Assembly (NCBI GenBank): GCA_016294035.1
Contig: JAEDCT010000004.1
Location: 66,192-130,191, forward strand
DNA: 64,000 nt
Direction of reading: 5' to 3'
From: Treponema sp.
Lineage (GTDB): Bacteria; Spirochaetota; Spirochaetia; Treponematales; Treponemataceae
Within the stretch, counting starts at the first letter, position 1. Each line of letters opens with the position of its first letter. The position numbers were made by a program, and so were the translations under genes. Of this stretch, positions 29,531-40,345 are shown in pieces. The notes beneath the pieces were generated by a model, which saw only the letters and a list, made by a program, of their open reading frames with translations, was not told the DNA's origin and made no database searches.

Positions 29531-31471
29531 ATGGGAAAGATTATTGGTATTGACTTGGGAACAACAAACTCTTGTGTTGCTGTTATGGAAAACGGACAGC
29601 CTGTTGTAATCCAAAACTCTGAGGGTGGAAGAACTACTCCTTCTATCGTTGGTTTCACTGCAAAGGGAGACAGAGTTGTAGGTATTCCTGCCAAGAACCA
29701 GATGGTTACAAATCCAAAGAATACAATTTATTCTGCAAAGCGTCTTATTGGTCTTAAGTATTCAGACCTTAAGGGAGAGGCAACAAAGCTTCCTTACACT
29801 GTTATTGACAACGGATCTGATGTTCGCGTTGAAGTTTCAGAAAACGGATCTACAAAGAGGTATTCTCCACAGGAAATCAGTGCCTTCGTTCTTCAGAAGA
29901 TGAAGAAGACTGCAGAAGACTATCTTGGAACAACAGTCACAGAAGCTGTAATTACTGTTCCTGCTTACTTCAATGATGCTCAGCGCCAGGCTACAAAGGA
30001 TGCCGGTAGGATTGCTGGTCTTGATGTTAAGCGCATCATCAACGAACCAACAGCTGCAGCTCTTGCATTCGGTTTTGGAAAGGATCAGTCAAAGGAAAGA
30101 ACTGTTGCAGTTTATGACCTTGGTGGTGGTACATTTGATATTTCCATCCTTGAACTTGCAGACGGTGTTTATGAAGTTAAGTCAACAAATGGTGATACAC
30201 AGCTTGGTGGAGATGACTGGGACCGTGTAATTGTTAACTGGCTAATTGATGAATTCAAGAAGGAATCGGGAATTGATCTTTCTGGAGATCCAATGGCTAT
30301 GCAGCGTCTCCGTGATGAGGCTGAAAAGGCAAAGATCAGCCTTTCTAACCAGACTTCAGTTGACATCAACCTTCCATTCATTACTGCTGATGCAACAGGA
30401 CCAAAGCACCTTCAGAAGTCACTTACACGCGCTCAGTTTGAGCAGATGACAGACCACCTGTTCCAGGCAACAAAGGAACCTTGTGAAAAGGCTATCCGTG
30501 ATGCAGGAATCAATCCATCAGAAATTGATGAGGTTCTTCTTGTAGGTGGATCTTCACGCATGCCAAAGGTTCAGGAAATCATCAAGCAGATCTTCGGAAA
30601 GGAAGGAAACCACACTGTTAACCCGGATGAGGCTGTTGCAGTTGGTGCAGCTATTCAGGGTGGTGTTCTCGGTGGAGACGTTAAGGACATTCTTCTTCTT
30701 GACGTTACACCTCTTTCTCTTGGTATTGAAACAATGGGTGGAGTATTCACAAAGCTTATTGAACGCAATACTACAATTCCAACAAATAAGAGCCAGGTAT
30801 TCTCTACAGCAGCAGACAATCAGACTGCAGTATCAATCCATGTTCTTCAGGGTGAACGTCCAATGGCTGCACAGAACCGTACTCTCGGAAATTTTGACCT
30901 TGTTGGAATCACCCCGGCTCCTCGTGGAGTTCCACAGATTGAAGTTACATTTGATATTGATGCTAACGGAATTGTTAAGGTTAGCGCAAAGGATAAGGGA
31001 ACTGGAAAAGAACAGCAGATTCAGATTACATCTTCTTCAGGTTTGAGCGAGGAAGAAATCAACCGCATGGTTAAGGATGCAGAAGCTAATGCTGCAGAAG
31101 ACCAGAAGAAGAGAGATGCAGTTGATGCAAAGAATGAAGCTGATGGAATGATTTTCCAGTGTGAAAAGTCACTCAAGGATCTTGGAGACAAGGTTAGTGC
31201 TGATGACAAGTCAAAGATTGAGGCTGCAATAAAGGATCTTAAGGATGCTGTTGCAACTGACAATGTTGATGATATTAAGGCAAAGACAGAAGCATTGAAG
31301 CAGGCATCTTACAAGATGGCAGAAGAACTCTACAAGCAGCAGGGTGCTCAGGGCGCAGCAAACGGACCTCAGAATGCAAATTCAGGTGCAGATGCTGGTT
31401 CTGCTAATTCCGGCTCATCTTCAGGTTTTGACAAGGGCAAGGCTGATGATGTTGAATATGAGGTTCACTAA
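29531..31471 (+). CDS. dnaK: Chaperone DnaK (Hsp70)
   Basis: [27 protein letters not shown] and DLGGGTFD. Confidence 0.99.
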   Translation: MGKIIGIDLGTTNSCVAVMENGQPVVIQNSEGGRTTPSIVGFTAKGDRVVGIPAKNQMVTNPKNTIYSAKRLIGLKYSDLKGEATKLPYTVIDNGSDVRVEVSENGSTKRYSPQEISAFVLQKMKKTAEDYLGTTVTEAVITVPAYFNDAQRQATKDAGRIAGLDVKRIINEPTAAALAFGFGKDQSKERTVAVYDLGGGTFDISILELADGVYEVKSTNGDTQLGGDDWDRVIVNWLIDEFKKESGIDLSGDPMAMQRLRDEAEKAKISLSNQTSVDINLPFITADATGPKHLQKSLTRAQFEQMTDHLFQATKEPCEKAIRDAGINPSEIDEVLLVGGSSRMPKVQEIIKQIFGKEGNHTVNPDEAVAVGAAIQGGVLGGDVKDILLLDVTPLSLGIETMGGVFTKLIERNTTIPTNKSQVFSTAADNQTAVSIHVLQGERPMAAQNRTLGNFDLVGITPAPRGVPQIEVTFDIDANGIVKVSAKDKGTGKEQQIQITSSSGLSEEEINRMVKDAEANAAEDQKKRDAVDAKNEADGMIFQCEKSLKDLGDKVSADDKSKIEAAIKDLKDAVATDNVDDIKAKTEALKQASYKMAEELYKQQGAQGAANGPQNANSGADAGSANSGSSSGFDKGKADDVEYEVH

Positions 31472-31511
31472 TAGAAAGAGTATCTGGAAACTGTAGTTTT
31501 TAGAACAGACT

Positions 31512-31560
31512 AAAGGTAATCTTCGGGGGCATTGCATTGTTTTTCCGGAGATTACCTTTT
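31512..31560 (+). terminator. Stem-loop between dnaK and dnaJ
   Basis: AAAGGTAATCTTCGG ... CCGGAGATTACCTTTT. Confidence 0.7.
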
Positions 31561-31628
31561 GTGATTTTTTTTGGGAGAATCAATTGGAGGCATGAACTTT
31601 TTTGTGTCTCCAGTTGTCAATTGAAAAA

Positions 31629-32774
31629 ATGGCAAAGCGTGATTATTACGAAGTTCTTGGAATTGAAAAAGGTGCAGATAAGGATGCCATCAAAAAGGCA
31701 TACAGAAAGCTGGCTGTAAAATACCATCCTGATAGAAATCCCGGTGACAAGGAAGCTGAGGCTAGATTCAAGGAAGCCACTGAAGCCTATGAAGTACTCA
31801 GTGATGACGAAAAGAGACCAATCTATGACCAGTACGGACATGCCGGACTTGAAGGAATGGGCGGTGGAGCAGGCGGCGGTTATTCTCATGCATTCCATGA
31901 TTTCAGCGATATCTTTGGTGGCGGAGGATTTGGCGACATTTTCGAAAATCTGTTCGGAGGTGGCGGAGGATTCGGTTTTGGAGGTTCCTCTTCAAGGGGA
32001 CGCTCGTCAAATGATGGAGCTTCATTGCGCTATGATTTGCATATTGATTTTAAGGAAGCTATTTATGGCTGCAAGAAGGAAATAAATTTCAAGCATGATG
32101 AACAGTGTCCAGACTGTCATGGTACTGGAGGAGCTCAGGGAGCTTCAAAGAAAACATGTCCAGACTGCCGTGGAATGGGTCAGGTTAGAAGAAGTGCCGG
32201 ATTTTTCAGTGTTCAGCAGACATGTTCCCGCTGTAGTGGAAAGGGTACTATAATTGACAAGCCATGTTCTAAATGCCGTGGAACTGGACTCGTTTCAAGG
32301 CAGAAATCAGTTACAATCACAATTCCTGCAGGGTCAGACAATGGCAAGAGAGTTGCAATTCCCCGCATGGGAAATGCAGGTACTGATGGTGGTTCAACTG
32401 GTGACTTGATTATCATCATTAATGTTCGTGATCACAAGTGCTTTGAACGTTCTGGAAATGATCTTTACTGTGCAGTTCCAATTTCAATTTCACAGGCTGC
32501 ACTTGGTGCTGACATCAGTATCAGGACTCTTGATGACAGGACTATCACAATAAAAATTCCTGCAGGAACATCTCAGGGCAAGCTTTTGCGCATTAAGGAT
32601 GAGGGAGTTCCAAATGCAGACAGGTCAAGAAAAGGTGATCTGTATGTAAAGGTTATTGTGCAGCTTCCTACAAAGCTTACAAGACAGATGCAGGAGGCAA
32701 TGCAGGAATATGCCAGGGCAGAAAATCCTGTTACAAATCCAGAATTGATGACTTTGGATTCATTGCGAGACTGA
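31629..32774 (+). CDS. dnaJ: Chaperone DnaJ
   Basis: J domain with HPD, G/F-rich region and four CxxCxGxG repeats. Confidence 0.98.
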   Translation: MAKRDYYEVLGIEKGADKDAIKKAYRKLAVKYHPDRNPGDKEAEARFKEATEAYEVLSDDEKRPIYDQYGHAGLEGMGGGAGGGYSHAFHDFSDIFGGGGFGDIFENLFGGGGGFGFGGSSSRGRSSNDGASLRYDLHIDFKEAIYGCKKEINFKHDEQCPDCHGTGGAQGASKKTCPDCRGMGQVRRSAGFFSVQQTCSRCSGKGTIIDKPCSKCRGTGLVSRQKSVTITIPAGSDNGKRVAIPRMGNAGTDGGSTGDLIIIINVRDHKCFERSGNDLYCAVPISISQAALGADISIRTLDDRTITIKIPAGTSQGKLLRIKDEGVPNADRSRKGDLYVKVIVQLPTKLTRQMQEAMQEYARAENPVTNPELMTLDSLRD

Positions 32775-32796
32775 TTTTTTTTCAGATAGAGAATCA

Positions 32797-32851
32797 GGAA
32801 AATCCGTGGGTTTTGGTTTTATCACTTTCAGGCCATGGATTTTCCTTTTTT
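32797..32851 (+). terminator. Intrinsic terminator after dnaJ
   Basis: GGAAAATCCGTGG ... CCATGGATTTTCC followed by a T tract. Confidence 0.7.
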
Positions 32852-32931
32852 TCTGGAGATTTTAGAGGGCTTCTAATAAAAATTTCATATTTTGCCGATA
32901 ATATGTTATAATATTGTCTGCGAGGTAGGAA

Positions 32932-34332
32932 ATGTACAGAAGTCGAAAACGCATAATCAGCATAGTCGGTAATGTTCTGTTGTCTGTGATTATTTTATAC
33001 AGTGTTACCGCAATATTCAAACCAATTCTGTCGGGAAATCCATATACCAAGTTTTTTTCATTCCTGACATCAGCAATTGTTACTTCGATTATTATCAATC
33101 TTGTCCACAAGTGCTCATCATTTCTGAAATTCAAGGCAAAGGAAAACTCTTTGTATACACGGGAAACTGGAATTATCTCGGAATTTATCTCAAGCATGAG
33201 ATCGTGCTATTCCCTTGATGACCTTTTTGAACAGATAGCAAGAGTCCTTGAAGAGAAAGCAGATTGCGCTGTTCTTCTCATTGACAAGACAAAAAACTAT
33301 GTGCTGTACAACAGCCCGAACCGTATCACAACCAGTTCATCGGTAATGAATAATCTTGAACTGCGTTTTTCTGCAGACTGGAAGGAGGGCTATTCATTTA
33401 TTGGCGATGAATTCGGAGTTGTTTCCAGCTCCCGCACTGCACGTGGATTTTTGATCTGCCATGACAAGATTCACATGTATGTTATGTGCCGTTACACAAA
33501 GCTTATTGATACTGAGATTTTCCCGGTGTTCCACGAGGAATTCATCCGATTTCTTCAGCGTTCACGAACAATTACTGACCTTTCTGAAATTGCATCTCTT
33601 TCACGCGAATGGAAACAGCTTGCAGATACACAGCGTTCGTTCCTTCCTCCTGTAATGCCAAAAATCGACAAGCTTCAGGTTGCCGCATACTTCAGGCCTT
33701 TGGTTAACGTTTCCGGAGACTATTATACTGTTCTTCCAATTTCACCTGCAAAGACTCTTCTTATGCTTGGTGACGTTTCAGGAAAAGGTCTTGCCGCCGC
33801 CCTGGTCATGGGTTTGGTTATGAATACTGTAAAGATTCTTGAAAACAAGGAAGATCTTCCTGCCATGATTCGTGCCATTCATAAGGCCATTAAGGGAATG
33901 AAGCTTCAGGATAAGTATACTGTTATTTTCATTGGTATCGTTGATACGGAACGCATGGTCATCAACTATGTCAATGCATCCATGTCCGATCCTCTTATCA
34001 TTACAAATTCACCTTCAGGGTACAGAATCCGTCCTCTGACATCTAACTGTTCTCTTGTTGGTATTATTGATATTGATGAAGTTGTTGTTGCTGAACAGAA
34101 ATTGTTCCGTGATGATGTTATTCTCATGGCTTCCGATGGTGTTTCAGAAGTAATGAATGAAGAAGGCGTTGAGCTTGGAGATACTGAGCTTTACGATGAA
34201 ACAATTAAGTCAAGTGCAGCTAAGACTCCTCAGGAATTCATTGATGACGTTGTAAATCTTATCATGGAATACAACGGCGGAAAAAAGCTTCGTGATGACG
34301 TTACAATGATGGTTGCTAAAGTTGGAAGATAG
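32932..34332 (+). CDS. Membrane-anchored SpoIIE/RsbU-type PP2C phosphatase
   Basis: Two N-terminal TMs; SGDYY, GDVSGKG, SDGVSE and RDDVT. Confidence 0.92.
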   Translation: MYRSRKRIISIVGNVLLSVIILYSVTAIFKPILSGNPYTKFFSFLTSAIVTSIIINLVHKCSSFLKFKAKENSLYTRETGIISEFISSMRSCYSLDDLFEQIARVLEEKADCAVLLIDKTKNYVLYNSPNRITTSSSVMNNLELRFSADWKEGYSFIGDEFGVVSSSRTARGFLICHDKIHMYVMCRYTKLIDTEIFPVFHEEFIRFLQRSRTITDLSEIASLSREWKQLADTQRSFLPPVMPKIDKLQVAAYFRPLVNVSGDYYTVLPISPAKTLLMLGDVSGKGLAAALVMGLVMNTVKILENKEDLPAMIRAIHKAIKGMKLQDKYTVIFIGIVDTERMVINYVNASMSDPLIITNSPSGYRIRPLTSNCSLVGIIDIDEVVVAEQKLFRDDVILMASDGVSEVMNEEGVELGDTELYDETIKSSAAKTPQEFIDDVVNLIMEYNGGKKLRDDVTMMVAKVGR

Positions 34333-34341
34333 GGGTAGAAG

Positions 34342-36519
34342 ATGAGTTTTATTTTTCTTAATATATTGTTATGTCTTGGATTGGTTGTTTCTGCATTTGT
34401 AGTTGACAGAAAAACAAATGAATCTCATATAAACGGAAGCATTGTTAACCTCATTCTCATGCTTGCAATTATTTTCTTTTCAATGGCATTGACAATAGGT
34501 CTTTGCCTGAGGGGAGTAAAGCAGTTTTCCCTGATTTTAGGCAGGGTAACTTTTATGTTCATGGGATGGTTCAGCGTTCTTTCCTGTGAGTATCTGTGCC
34601 TTTATCCCGGAAGAAAAAGGAATGGCGTTCTCAAGCTTACAAGAGCTGTTTTGTTTTTCATTGCGTTCTATATCATCTTCTTTGTTCCAAATGCATTCAC
34701 AACAATTTCAGTAACAAAGCGAAACGGTCTTCAGATTGCTTCTGGCCTTGTATTCAGGGGATCCCTTTCAAGAGTTTTCCCATTCTCATGGCTTGCATTC
34801 TATAATCTCATATATCGTTTTGTAATTCCTTTGTTTGCATGTCTAATGGTTCTTGTTCGTGCAGAAATGAATAAAAGCAAGCTTGTCATGCAGAATATGA
34901 TCTTTGCCGTATTGGGAATGGTTTTCTCATGGATCTGTTTCCGCTATATGAATATGATTATTGTTCACAATTCAAATGTTTTGACAATCACTGCCATTGG
35001 ATATATTCCACAGCTTCTCATGTACAACAAGGCAAACACAAATGAGGAAATTCTTGACTTCCCAATGTTCATGAGGACAATTGTGAAATTCATCCTGAAC
35101 TATATTATTCCAATTGCATTGCTTGGTGGAATTCTCTTCTGCCTTGACTCTGTTTTTGGAGCAAAGCAAATATATGTTCTCTGTGCTTTGTATTTTCTTT
35201 CATCCCTGTTTGTGTTTATTGTTCTTCCAAAGATTTTCAAGAATCTTACAAAACATGGATTTCTTCGAGACAAAAAATATGAGAGAAATTTTGAACGTGA
35301 TCTTTCATCAATTAAGTTTGACTCGTCAGCTCAGGAAGTAGCAGGATCAATTTTCAGTGTTTTCCAGAAATATCTTGGAACAACTGAAATGAAGGTTTAT
35401 ATCAATTCAAACAACGAGAACCTTGATCTTGCCTATGATTCTACAAATACAGCTGAAGCCAGCATGCCTTTAGACATGGGAGTTATTGATGTTCTTCTCA
35501 ATAATCACAGGCAGGTTGTGTTCAGGGAATATGCAGAAGTCTCTACTCAGGTAACTATCATAAGAAAACGTCTTCTTGATATGTTTGAGAAACTCAACTG
35601 TGATGCTCTTATTCTTCTTAATGAGGGACGTTCTCTTGCCGGTATTATTTCACTTGGCAAGAAATCCAGCGGAAATATTTATAATGAATACGATTACGCA
35701 ATGTTCAACAAGTATTATTCAAACCTCTTTGTTGCCGGATATTTTATCAAGAATATCATCAACGAAAATGTTGTTGGAACTGTTAACCGTGAAATCCGCA
35801 TGTCAGGACAGATTATTACATCCATCCAGGAAAATATGGACATTATCAAGAGTTCAAAGGTAGATATCGGATACCGCATGATTCCTGCCCATAACATTGG
35901 TGGTGAATTCATTGACCTTATTCGTCTTACAGAGACACGTCATATTTTTGTTATTGGTGCCTTGAGCGGTAAGGGTATTTCTGCATCCATGGGTATGGTT
36001 ATCCTTAAGTCCATCATTCGAACCTTCCTTACAGAAACAAAGGACTTTAAGCTTCTTGTTTCCAAGGTAAATAACTTTATTCGAGAAAGTCTTCCAAAGG
36101 GAACATTTTTTGCCGGTACATTCGGTATGTTCGATTTTGCAACTGATACAATGTATTATATTAACTGTGGAAGCCCTGCACTTTTTGTTTACACTCGTGC
36201 ATACAATAATGTTATTGAAGTTCAGGGTGAAGGACATGTTCTTGGATTCGTAAAGGATGTTCTTCCGTATCTTACTGTCAAGAAGGTTAAGCTTTCTCCT
36301 AATGATATTGTCATGTCATGTACAGATGGTCTTATTGAGACTCGTTCACTTCATGGAGACGTGTTTGGCAAGGAAAGGGCATACGCAGGACTTCTTGAAA
36401 ACTCAGGATTCTCTGCAGACAAGATGGCTCAGTTTACATACGAGTCACTTATTGAATTTACATCAAAGGAACTTGATAACGATATTACAATTCTCATTAT
36501 CAAGTATCTGGGAAAATAA
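34342..36519 (+). CDS. Polytopic membrane protein with GAF-like region and degenerate SpoIIE/PP2C domain
   Basis: About 9 TMs; C-terminal GGEFID, GALSGKG, TDGLIE and NDIT. Confidence 0.88.
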   Translation: MSFIFLNILLCLGLVVSAFVVDRKTNESHINGSIVNLILMLAIIFFSMALTIGLCLRGVKQFSLILGRVTFMFMGWFSVLSCEYLCLYPGRKRNGVLKLTRAVLFFIAFYIIFFVPNAFTTISVTKRNGLQIASGLVFRGSLSRVFPFSWLAFYNLIYRFVIPLFACLMVLVRAEMNKSKLVMQNMIFAVLGMVFSWICFRYMNMIIVHNSNVLTITAIGYIPQLLMYNKANTNEEILDFPMFMRTIVKFILNYIIPIALLGGILFCLDSVFGAKQIYVLCALYFLSSLFVFIVLPKIFKNLTKHGFLRDKKYERNFERDLSSIKFDSSAQEVAGSIFSVFQKYLGTTEMKVYINSNNENLDLAYDSTNTAEASMPLDMGVIDVLLNNHRQVVFREYAEVSTQVTIIRKRLLDMFEKLNCDALILLNEGRSLAGIISLGKKSSGNIYNEYDYAMFNKYYSNLFVAGYFIKNIINENVVGTVNREIRMSGQIITSIQENMDIIKSSKVDIGYRMIPAHNIGGEFIDLIRLTETRHIFVIGALSGKGISASMGMVILKSIIRTFLTETKDFKLLVSKVNNFIRESLPKGTFFAGTFGMFDFATDTMYYINCGSPALFVYTRAYNNVIEVQGEGHVLGFVKDVLPYLTVKKVKLSPNDIVMSCTDGLIETRSLHGDVFGKERAYAGLLENSGFSADKMAQFTYESLIEFTSKELDNDITILIIKYLGK

Positions 36520-36553
36520 TCGGGCTTTAATGCCTTAATTTGGAGACATAGCA

Positions 36554-36886
36554 ATGGATCAATTGACACTTCGTGAAAAGATTGGCGTTAACTATACACT
36601 TCTTGAACTTTCTGGTGCAATAAACGCAAGTACATTTGATGAGCTTCAGGAAAAAGTTTATTCAAACATCAAGAACACAAATATTGTCCTTGATCTTGAA
36701 AATGTAACTCAGATTGACTCTTCGGGAATGGGTGTAATTCTTGGCGGTCATAATGACGGTGTTGATTCAAACACAAAGCTTTTTCTTATGAATCCGTCTG
36801 AAATTGTCAGACATTCTCTGGAGCGAACCGGGTTTATGAGTTTGTTCAATATCATTCACTCAGTAACTGAGGTTTCAAATGTTTAG
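36554..36886 (+). CDS. STAS-domain anti-sigma-factor antagonist (RsbV/SpoIIAA-like)
   Basis: LSGAINA and IVLDLENVTQIDSSGMG (phospho-Ser motif). Confidence 0.92.
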   Translation: MDQLTLREKIGVNYTLLELSGAINASTFDELQEKVYSNIKNTNIVLDLENVTQIDSSGMGVILGGHNDGVDSNTKLFLMNPSEIVRHSLERTGFMSLFNIIHSVTEVSNV

Positions 36887-37718
36887 GTCAAGATTTTTTT
36901 GTGTTTTTGGATGCATGCTGCTGGTTCTTTGTTCGTGCACAAAAACCGCAGAGGCAAAATCAAAGAATCAGACTGAAGAAAAAGAAAATCCTGCTGTTTT
37001 AGCTCATAAATCAAAAGTTGATGCAGTTGTTTCCAAAATGTCACCTCGGTTCCTGGCAAAATATCAGATTACAGATTCCAATATGGATCAGTTCATAAAG
37101 GACCTTCAGGAAGTGCTCGAAGAAGAGAAGACTTTCAGAAAAGATGACAAAAGCCTGTTTTTCCTGATTGACAAAAAGAACAAGGCAGAAAGCACATATA
37201 TTCCAAAGGATTTGATTGAACTGAAGGCCAACGAATATTTCAACCTGAACAAAGCTGGCATGAAAATCAGGCCTGAGGCTTATGAAGCCTTGAAGGTTAT
37301 GGGACTTGCTGCACAGAAGGATGGAATCAAGCTTCTTGTTAGTTCTGTTTACAGGTCTTATGAATATCAGGATAATCTGTTCAATTACTGGGTTAGTGTT
37401 GATGGCCTTGAAGAAGCAGAACGGGAAAGTGCAAGACCAGGAACAAGTCAGCATCAGCTTGGAACTGCAGTAGACTTTGGATCAATTTCTGATGATTTTG
37501 ACCAGACTACGATGGGCCGATGGATGTATGAACATGCAGCTGATTACGGATGGTCACTTTCATTTCCCAAGGGATATGAGGATGTTACTGGCTACAGATG
37601 GGAGTGCTGGCATTTCCGCTATATTGGAAAAAAAGCTTGTCAGTTACAAAGAAAATATTTTGGAGATGTTCAGCAGTTCATGCTTGAGTTCATCAATGAA
37701 TGGAAAAAGACAAATTAG
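36879..37718 (+). CDS. M15B (VanY-like) D-Ala-D-Ala carboxypeptidase lipoprotein
   Basis: Lipobox LCSC; SVYRSYEYQ, SARPGTSQHQLGTAVDF and WECWHFRY. Confidence 0.92.
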   Translation: MFRSRFFCVFGCMLLVLCSCTKTAEAKSKNQTEEKENPAVLAHKSKVDAVVSKMSPRFLAKYQITDSNMDQFIKDLQEVLEEEKTFRKDDKSLFFLIDKKNKAESTYIPKDLIELKANEYFNLNKAGMKIRPEAYEALKVMGLAAQKDGIKLLVSSVYRSYEYQDNLFNYWVSVDGLEEAERESARPGTSQHQLGTAVDFGSISDDFDQTTMGRWMYEHAADYGWSLSFPKGYEDVTGYRWECWHFRYIGKKACQLQRKYFGDVQQFMLEFINEWKKTN

Positions 37719-37726
37719 TTTTTTTC

Positions 37727-37754
37727 AAGGCTTCCCTTGTGGAGGCTTTTTTTT
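37727..37754 (+). terminator. Intrinsic terminator
   Basis: AGGCTTCC CTTGT GGAGGCTT followed by a T tract. Confidence 0.7.
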
Positions 37755-37854
37755 TGCTCAGGGATTTCATGGTTGATTTCTTTCATTGAACATTATTTTT
37801 CTCTGTGGTAGTATTTCCTATCTAAATTTCAACTTATTTTTTGGAGTTATCGAT

Positions 37855-38946
37855 ATGGAAAAGAAGATTGCGTTGATTCCTGGTGATGGAATTGGGCCTG
37901 ATGTTGTAGCAGAAGCTGTAAAGGTTCTTGATGCTGTGGGTGCAAAGTTCGGACACAAGTGGAACTATGAGACTGTAATTGCCGGTGGTTGTGCAATTGA
38001 TAAGTTTGGAAAGCCTCTTCCACAGGAACAGCTTGATATTTGTCTTAACTCAGATGCAGTTCTTCTTGGTGCTGTTGGTGGTCCAAAGTGGGATAATCTT
38101 GCTTCAGAACTTCGCCCGGAAAAGGCTCTTCTTGGTCTTCGCGGTGGAATGAAGGTGTTTGCTAACCTTCGCCCAGCAGTTATGTTCAAGCAGCTTAAGG
38201 ATGCATGTCCACTCAAGGATGAAATAGTTGGTGATGGTCTTGATATTCTCATCGTTCGTGAACTCATTTCCGGCATTTACTTCGGTGACCGCGGAACTGC
38301 TGCAGACGGAAAGAGTGCATGGGATACAGAACGCTATACTTGGGAAGAAATTGAACGCATCGTTCGCATGGGATTTGAATTTGCTCAGAAGAGACAGAAG
38401 AGACTCTGCGTTGTAGACAAGGCAAATATTCTTAACTCATCACAGCTTTGGCGCAAGGTTACAGAGACAATCAAGGGTGACTATCCTGATGTTCAGCTTT
38501 CATATCTTTACATTGACAATGCTTCAATGCAGATGGTTCGTAATCCTCGCCAGTTTGACGTTATTGCAACATCAAATATGTTTGGTGACATTCTTTCTGA
38601 TGAAGCTTCTCAGATTACTGGATCAATTGGTATGCTTGCTTCAGCTTCCCTTGGTGCATCTGGTCCTGGACTCTACGAACCAATCCACGGTTCTGCTCCA
38701 GACATTGCAGGCAAGGATCTGGCAAACCCATTGGCAACTATACTTTCTGCCGCAATGCTTCTGCGCTACAGTTTTGGTCTTGAAACAGAAGCAAAGGCAA
38801 TTGAAAATGCTGTAGAAAAAGTTCTTGATGACGGTTACCGCACGGGAGATATTGCTGGTTCTGAGCGTGATGCTGTTTCTGCTGCCGGAAAGCTTGTTGG
38901 AACAAAGGCAATGGGTCAGCTTGTAGTTGATTACCTTAACAAGTAA
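37855..38946 (+). CDS. leuB: 3-isopropylmalate dehydrogenase
   Basis: [29 protein letters not shown] and [14 protein letters not shown]. Confidence 0.97.
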   Translation: MEKKIALIPGDGIGPDVVAEAVKVLDAVGAKFGHKWNYETVIAGGCAIDKFGKPLPQEQLDICLNSDAVLLGAVGGPKWDNLASELRPEKALLGLRGGMKVFANLRPAVMFKQLKDACPLKDEIVGDGLDILIVRELISGIYFGDRGTAADGKSAWDTERYTWEEIERIVRMGFEFAQKRQKRLCVVDKANILNSSQLWRKVTETIKGDYPDVQLSYLYIDNASMQMVRNPRQFDVIATSNMFGDILSDEASQITGSIGMLASASLGASGPGLYEPIHGSAPDIAGKDLANPLATILSAAMLLRYSFGLETEAKAIENAVEKVLDDGYRTGDIAGSERDAVSAAGKLVGTKAMGQLVVDYLNK

Positions 38947-38970
38947 ACAGAACATTTTTTAGTTGTTATT

Positions 38971-39064
38971 AATATTACGGGAGCTTGAAGAATCAGGCTG
39001 AGAGTAGACTGTGTTGTCTTGACCGTTAACCTGATTTGGATAATGCCAACGTAGGAAAAATATT
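38971..39064 (+). ncRNA. TPP (THI-box) riboswitch aptamer
   Basis: P1 AATATT/AATATT, ACGGGAGC...GGCTGAGAG...GACCGTTAACCTGAT TTGGATAATGCCAACGTAGG; lies upstream of the thi operon. Confidence 0.95.
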
Positions 39065-39116
39065 TACCTTGTGCTGATGATATTGTGTGAAAGCATTAAT
39101 GTCTTAGGCATAGGCA

Positions 39117-39158
39117 AGAGGCGTGTTTTTCTTGGTTGGAAAAGCACGCTTTTTTTTT
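39117..39158 (+). terminator. Riboswitch expression-platform terminator
   Basis: GGCGTGTTTTTC TTGGTTG GAAAAGCACGCT plus T run, immediately before the thiM GGAGG. Confidence 0.85.
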
Positions 39159-39168
39159 GGAGGATAAA

Positions 39169-40017
39169 ATGATCGTAAAGAATATAGTAAAATCATTGAA
39201 AAACAGTTCAGTTTCTAATGAAGAAATTTTGAAGTATGCAAATTTAATTTATGAAGCATTGAAGAAAGTCAGAAAAGAAAATCCTCTGGCACCTTCAATT
39301 ACGAATACAGTTACAATTAATTTTGTTGCAAATGCTCAGCTTGCCTCAGGCGGATCTGCAGCCATGGTTTATCTTCCTGATGAGGGTGAGATGATGGCAA
39401 GAATCAGCAAGTCAATGTATATCAACATGGGAACTCAGTTTACCTGTTATGAGGAAACTTTGCCAAGAACAGCAAGAGCTTGCCTTGAATGTGGAAATAA
39501 TTGGGTTCTTGATCCGGTTGGTATTGGTATTGGTGAACAGAGAACAAAAATCCTGAGTCAATTCAAGGAGTTTAAGCCAAAAATCATTAGGGCCAACGCA
39601 AGTGAAATTATTGCTCTAGCTTCATTGTGGGGCCTTGTTGAAAAATCTGAGAACACTGTCAGGGGAGTTGATAGCACGGATGAGGTTTCGTCTGCAAAGG
39701 ATGCTGCAGTTGCTCTTGCAAAATATACAGGTGGTGCTGTGGCAGTCAGCGGAAAAACTGATCTTGTGACAGATGGAACCACAACTTTTTTATGTGAGGG
39801 TGGTTCAAAATATCTTCCTATGATTACAGGAGCGGGTTGCTCTCTTGGCGGAGTATGTGCTGTATATGCAAATGTAACTACACCATTTGTTGCGGCTTTG
39901 ACTGCAACTTTCCTGTATAATGCCGCAGCTGTTATTGCTGAAAAAAAGAGTCGTGGGCCAGGATCTTTCATGCAGAATTTTCTTGATGCTGTTTATGAAA
40001 TTTCCTGTACACAATAA
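39169..40017 (+). CDS. thiM: Hydroxyethylthiazole kinase
   Basis: ITNTVTINFVANAQLASGGSAAM, VLDPVG, IRANASEI and ITGAGCSLG. Confidence 0.93.
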   Translation: MIVKNIVKSLKNSSVSNEEILKYANLIYEALKKVRKENPLAPSITNTVTINFVANAQLASGGSAAMVYLPDEGEMMARISKSMYINMGTQFTCYEETLPRTARACLECGNNWVLDPVGIGIGEQRTKILSQFKEFKPKIIRANASEIIALASLWGLVEKSENTVRGVDSTDEVSSAKDAAVALAKYTGGAVAVSGKTDLVTDGTTTFLCEGGSKYLPMITGAGCSLGGVCAVYANVTTPFVAALTATFLYNAAAVIAEKKSRGPGSFMQNFLDAVYEISCTQ

Positions 40018-40033
40018 AATGGAGGGGTGAAAA

Positions 40034-40345
40034 ATGAATGTTTTGATCGCTCTGGCAATTGCCCCTTTTGGAGTTGGGGATGAACTTTCTTCACATGTTG
40101 CTCAGGCTTGCAAGGTGATTGCTGAATCAGGACTAAAGTACAAGACATCATCAATGTTTACTGAAATTGAAGGTGAATGGGATGATGTCATGGACTGTGT
40201 GAAAAAAGCAACTATGGTTCTTGCAGAAAAAGGAATCAGAACGGAAGTAATACTTAAGGCTGATGTACGTCCTGGTTTTACAAATACAATGGAAGGAAAA
40301 ATAACAAGGCTCAATGAACAACTGGAGAAAAATCAACATGAATAA
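40034..40345 (+). CDS. Thiamine-binding protein (MTH1187/YkoF-like)
   Basis: IAPFG...SGLKY..SMFTEIEGEWDDVM; thi operon context. Confidence 0.85.
   Translation: MNVLIALAIAPFGVGDELSSHVAQACKVIAESGLKYKTSSMFTEIEGEWDDVMDCVKKATMVLAEKGIRTEVILKADVRPGFTNTMEGKITRLNEQLEKNQHE

Noticed and set aside
36879..37718. VanY as a vancomycin-resistance locus
   Set aside because: No vanHAX or vanRS genes are present, and M15B carboxypeptidases are ordinary cell-wall enzymes.
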